Source: Mytilus edulis
Lineage: Eukaryota
Reading direction: 5' to 3'
DNA: 64,000 nt
Assembly (NCBI RefSeq): GCF_963676685.1
Contig: NC_092351.1
Location: 89,838,001 to 89,902,000 of the forward strand
Part shown: piece after piece, positions 49,621-62,593 of the stretch
Layout: each line of letters begins with the position of its first letter
Numbering within the stretch: the stretch's first letter is position 1
Program-made: the position numbers and the translations under genes
Notes under the pieces: generated by a model
What the model saw: the letters and a program-made list of their open reading frames with translations, nothing else
What the model was told of the DNA's origin: nothing
The model's database searches: none

Positions 49621-52600
49621 TTCAAATACAGAGTAAGCTTACTCAAAAACGTGATGAATTCTGTTTTCAAAATACACAAGACTTGTACAAAGTCATTGCT
49701 TCCAAAAACTTTACTTATTCAAAAAATGTTGTTTACAATGAAATATCAATAGATGAAGATAAAATATCTTCACTTCATAAACAATATAAATCTGATTTTA
49801 CTAAAGATGAGTGGGTTAAAATTTGTCTCTTTGAAATCCATTTTTTAACTCGAGTTTGAAGCAGCTGAAGATGCAGAGTTTGAGGAACAACTCGCAGCAA
49901 AATACATCTTTCTTCAGAACATAGATGCTGTCAAAGAGATATCAAAATCTATAAATCGGACATCAAAAAGAACTATAAAATCAAGACAAAAGAGACAGAA
50001 CACTGCATCTGAAAATGACGAAATTCACTTATATTCTGAAAAGGTTCACATTGTCAAGAAGGTAGAGTTTGAGCTTACAAATTTATTTGAAAATGAGATT
50101 GAGAAAGTTGTTGTGTCAAATTGTATCAACAAATGTAAACATGTGTTCTCCTGTCATGTCTTTGCTGAGTTGAAAAATGAGCACTGTTTGAATAATGAAG
50201 AACTGATTCAGACTATTCAGCTGCACTTAAACCGAAAGCATGACCTTAAATGTGGTTTAATTATTTTATTACAACCTGACACATTTGCCTCTTTCCTAGC
50301 AGATAATGGCAAAATAGCTCGCTTTAAATTCTTAGAGGAGTTCCAACAAACAGGTCTTCCAGAGAGCATTATATTTTCTTACAGACTACCAGATCTGACA
50401 ACAAAACCAGATGTTGATATTCCTGAAACTATTCCACAATGTGAAGAATGTCACAGAAGTGACGATAAACCATCAGCTCCATTGCATTGGAAAAATTTCA
50501 ACTTGTTACAAGAATGGTCACTTGATGTACCATTGTCGGTACAAATATTACTTGAATCTTTTGTCAACCAGAAAAGCTTAGACAGGTCATCTGAATTAGA
50601 CAATTTTGTAAAGACCAAACTTTTGAAACTTTATAGTATATATGATACACTCTTGAATCTTACTAATAGAAAAAATTACTGTGGAGTTTTACAAGATCTA
50701 AATACACAGGAACTTGCCATGAATTACCAATCAGTTGGTACAGTGTTTAGCATTTCATCAAATAGTGGTGCTACTCTTAGTCTCAATTCTGCAGAAAAGA
50801 AATTAAAACAGAAAGCTGCGGATGACATATGCAACTACAATACCTATATCCGGAGGTACCCCATGAAATATCAAACATTGGCAAGAATGAGAGACAATCT
50901 GGTATCTTTACAGGAGTGTTTAATAGTTGTAATTATGGATAACTTAGTACGGCTGAAGGATTCTTCTCTAACAGTAACTTTACTATGTCAGTATGTCCTT
51001 CATAACTTGCCAAGTGCATATGACTAAAACCATCATTGCTACATAGATAAACATTAGGATTATTCTCTAACAGTAGCTTTACTATGTCAGTATGTCCTAG
51101 ATAACTTGCCCGGTATAGAGGACTACAACCATCCTGGTCACATAGATCAACATTAGGATTCTTCTCTAACAGAAGCTTTACTATGTCAGTATGTCCTTCC
51201 TGACTTGCACAGTACAGAGGACTCCGGCCATAATTGTCACGAAGATCAACATTCGGATTCTTCTCCAACTGTAGCTTTACTATATCAGTATGTCCTTGAT
51301 AACTTGCCAATTGCAGAGGACTTACACCATAAATGCTACATAGATCAACATTAGGATTCTTCTCTTACAGTAACTTTACTAAATCAGTATATCCTTCCTG
51401 ACTTGCGATATACAGAGAACTCCTGCCGTTATTGTCAAATAGATCAACCAAAGGATTCTTCTTCAAATACAGAGTAAGCTTACTCAAAAACGTGATGAAT
51501 TCTGTTTTCAAAATACACAAGACTTGTACAAAGTCATTGCTTCCAAAAACTTTACTTATTCAAAAAATGTTGTTTACAATGAAATATCAATAGATGAAGA
51601 TAAAATATCTTCACTTCATAAACAATATAAATCTGATTTTACTAAAGATGAGTGGGTTAAAATTTGTCTCTTTGAAATCCATTTTTTAACTCGAGTTTGA
51701 AGCAGCTGAAGATGCAGAGTTTGAGGAACAACTCGCAGCAAAATACATCTTTCTTCAGAACATAGATGCTGTCAAAGAGATATCAAAATCTATAAATCGG
51801 ACATCAAAAAGAACTATAAAATCAAGACAAAAGAGACAGAACACTGCATCTGAAAATGACGAAATTCACTTATATTCTGAAAAGGTTCACATTGTCAAGA
51901 AGGTAGAGTTTGAGCTTACAAATTTATTTGAAAATGAGATTGAGAAAGTTGTTGTGTCAAATTGTATCAACAAATGTAAACATGTGTTCTCCTGTCATGT
52001 CTTTGCTGAGTTGAAAAATGAGCACTGTTTGAATAATGAAGAACTGATTCAGACTATTCAGCTGCACTTAAACCGAAAGCATGACCTTAAATGTGGTTTA
52101 ATTATTTTATTACAACCTGACACATTTGCCTCTTTCCTAGCAGATAATGGCAAAATAGCTCGCTTTAAATTCTTAGAGGAGTTCCAACAAACAGGTCTTC
52201 CAGAGAGCATTATATTTTCTTACAGACTACCAGATCTGACAACAAAACCAGATGTTGATATTCCTGAAACTATTCCACAATGTGAAGAATGTCACAGAAG
52301 TGACGATAAACCATCAGCTCCATTGCATTGGAAAAATTTCAACTTGTTACAAGAATGGTCACTTGATGTACCATTGTCGGTACAAATATTACTTGAATCT
52401 TTTGTCAACCAGAAAAGCTTAGACAGGTCATCTGAATTAGACAATTTTGTAAAGACCAAACTTTTGAAACTTTATAGTATATATGATACACTCTTGAATC
52501 TTACTAATAGAAAAAATTACTGTGGAGTTTTACAAGATCTAAATACACAGGAACTTGCCATGAATTACCAATCAGTTGGTACAGTGTTTAGCATTTCATC

Positions 52601-55600
52601 AAATAGTGGTGCTACTCTTAGTCTCAATTCTGCAGAAAAGAAATTAAAACAGAAAGCTGCGGATGACATATGCAACTACAATACCTATATCCGGAGGTAC
52701 CCCATGAAATATCAAACATTGGCAAGAATGAGAGACAATCTGGTATCTTTACAGGAGTGTTTAATAGTTGTAATTATGGATAACTTAGTACGGCTGAAGG
52801 ATTCTTCTCTAACAGTAACTTTACTATGTCAGTATGTCCTTCATAACTTGCCAAGTGCATATGACTAAAACCATCATTGCTACATAGATAAACATTAGGA
52901 TTATTCTCTAACAGTAGCTTTACTATGTCAGTATGTCCTAGATAACTTGCCCGGTATAGAGGACTACAACCATCCTGGTCACATAGATCAACATTAGGAT
53001 TCTTCTCTAACAGAAGCTTTACTATGTCAGTATGTCCTTCCTGACTTGCACAGTACAGAGGACTCCGGCCATAATTGTCACGAAGATCAACATTCGGATT
53101 CTTCTCCAACTGTAGCTTTACTATATCAGTATGTCCTTGATAACTTGCCAATTGCAGAGGACTTACACCATAAATGCTACATAGATCAACATTAGGATTC
53201 TTCTCTTACAGTAACTTTACTAAATCAGTATATCCTTCCTGACTTGCGATATACAGAGAACTCCTGCCGTTATTGTCAAATAGATCAACCAAAGGATTCT
53301 TCTTCAAATACAGAGTAAGCTTACTCAAAAACGTGATGAATTCTGTTTTCAAAATACACAAGACTTGTACAAAGTCATTGCTTCCAAAAACTTTACTTAT
53401 TCAAAAAATGTTGTTTACAATGAAATATCAATAGATGAAGATAAAATATCTTCACTTCATAAACAATATAAATCTGATTTTACTAAAGATGAGTGGGTTA
53501 AAATTTGTCTCTTTGAAATCCATTTTTTAACTCGAGTTTGAAGCAGCTGAAGATGCAGAGTTTGAGGAACAACTCGCAGCAAAATACATCTTTCTTCAGA
53601 ACATAGATGCTGTCAAAGAGATATCAAAATCTATAAATCGGACATCAAAAAGAACTATAAAATCAAGACAAAAGAGACAGAACACTGCATCTGAAAATGA
53701 CGAAATTCACTTATATTCTGAAAAGGTTCACATTGTCAAGAAGGTAGAGTTTGAGCTTACAAATTTATTTGAAAATGAGATTGAGAAAGTTGTTGTGTCA
53801 AATTGTATCAACAAATGTAAACATGTGTTCTCCTGTCATGTCTTTGCTGAGTTGAAAAATGAGCACTGTTTGAATAATGAAGAACTGATTCAGACTATTC
53901 AGCTGCACTTAAACCGAAAGCATGACCTTAAATGTGGTTTAATTATTTTATTACAACCTGACACATTTGCCTCTTTCCTAGCAGATAATGGCAAAATAGC
54001 TCGCTTTAAATTCTTAGAGGAGTTCCAACAAACAGGTCTTCCAGAGAGCATTATATTTTCTTACAGACTACCAGATCTGACAACAAAACCAGATGTTGAT
54101 ATTCCTGAAACTATTCCACAATGTGAAGAATGTCACAGAAGTGACGATAAACCATCAGCTCCATTGCATTGGAAAAATTTCAACTTGTTACAAGAATGGT
54201 CACTTGATGTACCATTGTCGGTACAAATATTACTTGAATCTTTTGTCAACCAGAAAAGCTTAGACAGGTCATCTGAATTAGACAATTTTGTAAAGACCAA
54301 ACTTTTGAAACTTTATAGTATATATGATACACTCTTGAATCTTACTAATAGAAAAAATTACTGTGGAGTTTTACAAGATCTAAATACACAGGAACTTGCC
54401 ATGAATTACCAATCAGTTGGTACAGTGTTTAGCATTTCATCAAATAGTGGTGCTACTCTTAGTCTCAATTCTGCAGAAAAGAAATTAAAACAGAAAGCTG
54501 CGGATGACATATGCAACTACAATACCTATATCCGGAGGTACCCCATGAAATATCAAACATTGGCAAGAATGAGAGACAATCTGGTATCTTTACAGGAGTG
54601 TTTAATAGTTGTAATTATGGATAACTTAGTACTGCTGAAGGATTTTTCTCTAACAGTAACTTTACTATGTCAGTATGTCCTTCATAACTTGCCAAGTGCA
54701 TATGACTAAAACCATCATTGCTACATAGATAAACATTAGGATTATTCTCTAACAGTAGCTTTACTATGTCAGTATGTCCTAGATAACTTGCCCGGTATAG
54801 AGGACTACAACCATCCTGGTCACATAGATCAACATTAGGATTCTTCTCTAACAGAAGCTTTACTATGTCAGTATGTCCTTCCTGACTTGCACAGTACAGA
54901 GGACTCCGGCCATAATTGTCACGAAGATCAACATTCGGATTCTTCTCCAACTGTAGCTTTACTATATCAGTATGTCCTTGATAACTTGCCAATTGCAGAG
55001 GACTTACACCATAAATGCTACATAGATCAACATTAGGATTCTTCTCTTACAGTAACTTTACTAAATCAGTATATCCTTCCTGACTTGCGATATACAGAGA
55101 ACTCCTGCCGTTATTGTCAAATAGATCAACAAAAGGATTCTTCTTCAAATACAGAGTAAGCTTACTCAAAAACGTGATGAATTCTGTTTTCAAAATACAC
55201 AAGACTTGTACAAAGTCATTGCTTCCAAAAACTTTACTTATTCAAAAAATGTTGTTTACAATGAAATATCAATAGATGAAGATAAAATATCTTCACTTCA
55301 TAAACAATATAAATCTGATTTTACTAAAGATGAGTGGGTTAAAATTTGTCTCTTTGAAATCCATTTTTTAACTCGAGTTTGAAGCAGCTGAAGATGCAGA
55401 GTTTGAGGAACAACTCGCAGCAAAATACATCTTTCTTTAGAACATAGATGCTGTCAAAGAGATATCAAAATCTATAAATCGGACATCAAAAAGAACTATA
55501 AAATCAAGACAAAAGAGACAGAACACTGCATCTGAAAATGACGAAATTCACTTATATTCTGAAAAGGTTCACATTGTCAAGAAGGTAGAGTTTGAGCTTA

Positions 55601-58321
55601 CAAATTTATTTGAAAATGAGATTGAGAAAGTTGTTGTGTCAAATTGTATCAACAAATGTAAACATGTGTTCTCCTGTCATGTCTTTGCTGAGTTGAAAAA
55701 TGAGCACTGTTTGAATAATGAAGAACTGATTCAGACTATTCAGCTGCACTTAAACCGAAAGCATGACCTTAAATGTGGTTTAATTATTTTATTACAACCT
55801 GACACATTTGCCTCTTTCCTAGCAGATAATGGCAAAATAGCTCGCTTTAAATTCTTAGAGGAGTTCCAACAAACAGGTCTTCCAGAGAGCATTATATTTT
55901 CTTACAGACTACCAGATCTGACAACAAAACCAGATGTTGATATTCCTGAAACTATTCCACAATGTGAAGAATGTCACAGAAGTGACGATAAACCATCAGC
56001 TCCATTGCATTGGAAAAATTTCAACTTGTTACAAGAATGGTCACTTGATGTACCATTGTCGGTACAAATATTACTTGAATCTTTTGTCAACCAGAAAAGC
56101 TTAGCCAGGTCATCTGAATTAGACAATTTTGTAAAGACCAAACTTTTGAAACTTTATAGTATATATGATACACTCTTGAATCTTACTAATAGAAAAATTA
56201 CTGTGGAGTTTTACAAGATCTAAATACACAGGAACTTGCCATGAATTACCAATCAGTTGGTACAGTGTTTAGCATTTCATCAAATAGTGGTGCTACTCTT
56301 AGTCTCAATTCTGCAGAAAAGAAATTAAAACAGAAAGCTGCGGATGACATATGCAACTACAATACCTATATCCGGAGGTACCCCATGAAATATCAAACAT
56401 TGGCAGGAATGAGAGACAATCTGGTATCTTTACAGGAGTGTTTTATAGTTGTAATGATGGATAACTTAGTACGGCTGAAGGATTCTTCTCTAACAGTAAC
56501 TTTACTATGTCAGTATGTCCTTCATAACTTGCCAAGTGCATATGACTAAAACCATCATTGCTACATAGATAAACATTAGGATTATTCTCTAACAGTAGCT
56601 TTACTATGTCAGTATGTCCTAGATAACTTGCCCGGTATAGAGGACTACAACCATCCTGGTCACATAGATCAACATTAGGATTCTTCTCTAACAGAAGCTT
56701 TACTATGTCAGTATGTCCTTCCTGACTTGCACAGTACAGAGGACTCCGGCCATAATTGTCACGAAGATCAACATTCGGATTCTTCTTCAACTGTAGCTTT
56801 ACTATATCAGTATGTCCTTGATAACTTGCCAATTGCAGAGGACTTACACCATAAATGCTACATAGATCAACATTAGGATTCTTCTCTTACAGTAACTTTA
56901 CTAAATCAGTATATCCTTCCTGACTTGCGATATACAGAGAACTCCTGCCGTTATTGTCAAATAGATCAACCAAAGGATTCTTCTTCAAATACAGAGTAAG
57001 CTTACTCAAAAACGTGATGAATTCTGTTTTCAAAATACACAAGACTTGTACAAAGTCATTGCTTCCAAAAACTTTACTTATTCAAAAAATGTTGTTTACA
57101 ATGAAATATCAATAGATGAAGATAAAATATCTTCACTTCATAAACAATATAAATCTGATTTTACTAAAGATGAGTGGGTTAAAATTTGTCTCTTTGAAAT
57201 CCATTTTTTAACTCGAGTTTGAAGCAGCTGAAGATGCAGAGTTTGAGGAACAACTCGCAGCAAAATACATCTTTCTTCAGAACATAGATGCTGTCAAAGA
57301 GATATCAAAATCTATAAATCGGACATCAAAAAGAACTATAAAATCAAGACAAAAGAGACAGAACACTGCATCTGAAAATGACGAAATTCACTTATATTCT
57401 GAAAAGGTTCACATTGTCAAGAAGGTAGAGTTTGAGCTTACAAATTTATTTGAAAATGAGATTGAGAAAGTTGTTGTGTCAAATTGTATCAACAAATGTA
57501 AACATGTGTTCTCCTGTCATGTCTTTGCTGAGTTGAAAAATGAGCACTGTTTGAATAATGAAGAACTGATTCAGACTATTCAGCTGCACTTAAACCGAAA
57601 GCATGACCTTAAATGTGGTTTAATTATTTTATTACAACCTGACACATTTGCCTCTTTCCTAGCAGATAATGGCAAAATAGCTCGCTTTAAATTCTTAGAG
57701 GAGTTCCAACAAACAGGTCTTCCACAGAGCATTATATTTTCTTACAGACTACCAGATCTGACAACAAAACCAGATGTTGATATTCCTGAAACTATTCCAC
57801 AATGTGAAGAATGTCACAGAAGTGACGATAAACCATCAGCTCCATTGCATTGGAAAAATTTCAACTTGTTACAAGAATGGTCACTTGATGTACCATTGTC
57901 GGTACAAATATTACTTGAATCTTTTGTCAACCAGAAAAGCTTAGACAGGTCATCTGAATTAGACAATTTTGTAAAGACCAAACTTTTGAAACTTTATAGT
58001 ATATATGATACACTCTTGAATCTTACTAATAGAAAAAATTACTGTGGAGTTTTACAAGATCTAAATACACAGGAACTTGCCATGAATTACCAATCAGTTG
58101 GTACAGTGTTTAGCATTTCATCAAATAGTGGTGCTACTCTTAGTCTCAATTCTGCAGAAAAGAAATTAAAACAGAAAGCTGCGGATGACATATGCAACTA
58201 CAATACCTATATCCGGAGGTACCCCATGAAATATCAAACATTGGCAGGAATGAGAGACAATCTGGTATCTTTACAGGAGTGTTTAATAGTTGTAATTATG
58301 GATAACTTAGTACGGCTGAAG
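49115..58321. repeat. Five-copy tandem array of a 1841-bp chimeric unit
   Basis: Units 49118-50958, 50959-52799, 52800-54640, 54641-56480 (1-bp deletion) and 56481-58321. ORF starts are spaced 1841 bp apart (1840 across the deletion). AAG microhomology at the junction. Confidence 0.97.
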
Positions 58322-59807
58322 TATCATTCAGACCCCAATCCGGGTGAAAATAGATCAATGCAGCTATGCACACTGCCTATAACTATAAAAGGTGTACCTA
58401 TTAATTCACTTGAGATAGAAGAAACATGGCATGATCAAAATATATGTGACCAATCTAATTATTGTCCATGCAAACTAGACCAAATACTCACAAAAGAAGA
58501 TTTTAACCAAAGAATTCTATCACTGCTACCAGAGAAAGAAAGCTGTTTTACACGGTTCAGAAATATGATGACCTGGACATTATTTGATATTTGGAAACAG
58601 ATTGCTGAAGGTTAGTATACATTTCAAAATAACTTGTAGATTTGCAATTTAAATCCAATTTTAAGGAATGGTGGAAGTGCTCTTGAAAAGAATCAACTAA
58701 TGCTAAAAAAAATTAAATGACAAAACATAAAAAAGTTTCTATCTAGCAATTCAGAGAAAGGTAATATATTTCATCTCAAAGCAGTACACACTATCTTCTC
58801 ATCACTGGCATGAACATGGTACCATACCATATGGATCACTTGGTATATTATAATATATACTGTAATTAAGGCAAACTTGCCACTGGTATCAATGAATGAA
58901 ATGGTACAAATCTCTGTAAGTATGTTAATGGCTCCCCTGTAACAGAGGTGGCATTTATGTTTACCCTGTCCGTCCATTCATAATTGGTTGCCGTTCTTTA
59001 ACTTCAGTATGTCTCAACCAAATGATTTGAAACTTATACATAATGTTCATTACCTCACAACATAGATCAAGTTGAATTTGGGTGCAGTCACTTTAACCTT
59101 TCTGCAGTTATGCCCCTTTATTACATTAAATGCAAGCATGTGCATCATCTGTGTCCCATGGACACATGCTACATTTATTTATTTCTAATGTCCTCTTTTA
59201 AATTACAGATACCAAATTTCCCTTTTGTCCTAATCATTCTGACTGTTTAAGCTAAATAAATACAGTATACCATTTAAAAAAAAATCAGTTTCCATTTTAA
59301 CTCTCAATTTTAGATGACGATGAATTTCTGAGGCTTGGTGGTTTGGAAAGAAACATTTGCGAAAGTGATACATTAGAGAGATCTTTTGCAGCATTGGATA
59401 TTCAACCAGAGGAAATGGGGGATATTGAAGTAATTTGATTCAACATAAAAAAAATGTGTGCTATTTTTTTTAAAGAAATTTATTTGGGCAACAATATGTT
59501 ATAGTTTTTAAATGTATACATAACAATTATTTTTGAACAGATTAAAGTGAGAAAAAAATCCATAAGTTTAATGCAACATAATTGTTTTTGTTTTAAAATT
59601 ATAAAAAAGATTTATTGGTTGCTTTTTCTTAGAAAGATTAACAAAGATGCTTTGAAAGGGTGAAATGGTAGTTTATTACAAACAATCATAAGACAACAGT
59701 TGTTTCAAGCTAGATACATATTAAGCAGTCAACATTTTGTTTTAGATTCACGAAGAATTAGTGCAAGAAACAGATTCTGAAGGTAGTGACTGTTCATTAT
59801 CTGAAAA

Positions 59808-60083
59808 GAGGGACGAAAGATACCAAAGGGACAGTCAAACTCATAAATCTAAAACAAACTGACAACGCCATGGCTAAAAATAAAAAAGACAAACAGAAAA
59901 ACAATAGTACACACGACACAACATAGAAAACTAAAGAATAAACAACACGAACCCCACCAAAAACTAGGGGTGATCTCAGGTGCTCCGGAAGGGTCAGCAG
60001 ATCCTGCTCCACATGTGGCACCCGTCGTGTTGCTTAAGTGATTACAAATCCGGTAAATAGTCTAATTCGGTAGGTCATATTCA
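59808..60083 (-). mobile_element. Penelope-like element 3' end inserted in an exon
   Basis: Reverse complement of ~30575-30842. tgaaaa duplicated at 59802-59807 and 60084-60089. Removal restores the acidic frame LSENDED. Confidence 0.9.
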
Positions 60084-61982
60084 TGAAAATGACGAAGACA
60101 AAACAATTGATTATGAAGTATGTTTAAGTGAAGATGAGAATAGAGAATAAGCATCAACAGCAGAAGAGATAGATATTGAAGAAGAAATCTACTTGCAGAA
60201 CATTTTTGAAGATGTTGAGATCAAAATTACATCTGACACAGAATTAGACAATTTGGACTCTTATTTTAAACCTTTGGATCAATCCACTGATGAAAATACA
60301 CAAGAGTCTGTTGAGTCAGAAAATGAAGACGAAAATGTACAAAGTACAGATGAAGTGGTAACAAGCCAAAGTTCAACAATTAACCATGACCTGGTTGCAG
60401 GGAGATTTGGATTTAGGCAACATCAATCACCTCCGATGTTGACAAGACACCCACCCCCTGCAACAGGCAGAGATGACGATATACAGAAACTTAGAGAGGT
60501 ACTTGATAACATAATGACGAAGGTTAACTCCAATGATGCTGCACAAGGTGGTTTGAAAATACTATTTGCTCCGGACAACAAAATAGGCAGTAATTTGCTA
60601 AAACTCTTGTCTTCATCCAAAAAATATAAAAATTTTCTTCCCGAATTTCCGATACTACATTTGCGTAAATCAAAGATAACAAACTTTTGTACTGCATACA
60701 GAAATGCAGGTATTATAGAAATACTAAAATATCTGAGAGATGAGGAATTCAATGACTGGAAAAAACTCATATCAGCCGAGCACATCAACATGGCATCCAA
60801 ATACATAAGGCGTTTATCCATTGCTCTGAAGGTTGCGTTTGTTACTAAATTTTTGCAAACCTTACAAGTTGAAGAACAAAATGTCATGAAAGATGATTTG
60901 AAGAATGAGAATGCAAACTGTATGAAATGAAATGATCAATTTGAGAATTTTTTAAAATACGGAAAGTCGCAAAATGCTACATTTATGCTACATACTGAAA
61001 TATTGAATCATAGTGAAGAAATAAGTGCACTGTCGTTTGCTGAACGACTTGGTGGTTTGGAGGGATATTTACTAATGTTACCAGCAGTTAAGATGTCCTT
61101 ACCTTTTGCATTTCTAAACGGTTCTTCGTCATATGCAGCCTATGCTGTTAATCTATTACACGAACATTACAAATCTGGTATATTTTATCAAAATGTGAAG
61201 GCTGCTTTGTTCACAACAACACATCAAAAAAGTCCGTACAATTTTGGTTTGGACACCCAGAGAGAACTAGACCACAAAGATGTTCTAAAGAGTTTTAGAT
61301 CTGGAGCAACAATGTCATATGTTGTGCCAAGAATGGCTTTAATAGACTCTTTAAATGAAGCGCATGATGCAAGCAGTAGTACAAAAAGTTTTAATGTAGA
61401 CTAAGGACGAAATAAGTAGTGATCATAAGCGGAACAATTTACTTGGCCTTTCATTAAACCAAACTGACATTAACTATATCCTTAGGATTGCACGTTTGAT
61501 CCTTCGACAGAATGCCTTATCAACAGACGATGACATTAAAGTTGTAAATGTTTATTCAATGCCAACAAATATTTTGCCAGAGACAATGCTTGATTCAGCA
61601 ACATATGAAGCAGGAAAGTACTTGATAACAAAATATATTGCATCCTTTGAATTGTTTGGATACAAGAAGTGTGACATCCCAGATGTTGTGACAATTGAAG
61701 GTCCGAAAGAACTATTGAAAAAACTGAAGGTTACGAAAGGTGTCACTATCAGAAGGACTGGTACAAAGCAAGAATCACTGATCAAAAGTGAAAGAGATGT
61801 CAAAGAAAGTAAACGCAAAAAGACAGTTACCCGACAACATAAAATAGTAGATAGTTTAAGTTCAGAAATGAATGCATGCCAGGCATTTATGAATTCTGAT
61901 TGCTCAAAACCGAAAGTTCAGAAGTCGACTGGAATTCAAAAGGCCTTACTTGGTAAATAAAAAACAGCTTATCTATAATTAA

Positions 61983-62593
61983 GGTAGATAGGGTGTCTTC
62001 CTCCATCTTGGATTTTGAAATACTAAAAACCAAGGTCTAGATCTTTGATGAAATGTTCAAATTTTTATAGTAGTAGGTAATTCATGTGTAAGAATTTTCA
62101 TTATAATAAAGAAAATGCCATGTTTGATCATATTTATGATTGTATTTTACAAAAATAAGAATTCTTTTGTTTGATTCATTTTTTTCCAACTTTGTCAAAT
62201 AAGGGGAGGCAACTCAAATGCAAGGGCAGATAATTCAGATAGTGTTACTTTTACAATAGAATGTGTTAGGAATTTACCAATTTTTACATGTAGCAAGAAA
62301 ACGAGTCCGGTGACCCCATTTTTTCTTTTTCTTATCTGAAAGCATAATATTGAAGCTATCTTTTCATATTTTATCTCAAAATTCTATGGTGTGGTTTGCG
62401 TTTTATGGCGGAAAAATGGGTTTTCCATGCATAATCTATACAAAATCTTGACAATTTTGAACAACCTGTAGCGTGAAAATAAGTCCGGTGACCCATTCTT
62501 TTTATTAATGTTTTTATACAAGCAGGATATGAACTACATTTTGGCAAATTATTAAAAGATTCTATGGATTATAATTTAGACACCCCATCTACC
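61983..62593. mobile_element. Kolobok-like non-autonomous element (611 bp)
   Basis: TTAA at 61979-61982 and 62594-62597. TIR ggtagatagggtgtct / agacaccccatctacc. Confidence 0.9.

Noticed and set aside
50113-56549. Repeated 304-aa ORFs as a tandem family of genuine genes
   Set aside because: They begin at GTG inside a longer frameshifted coding segment and end in antisense ankyrin sequence. They are fragments of the 57-64 kb gene.
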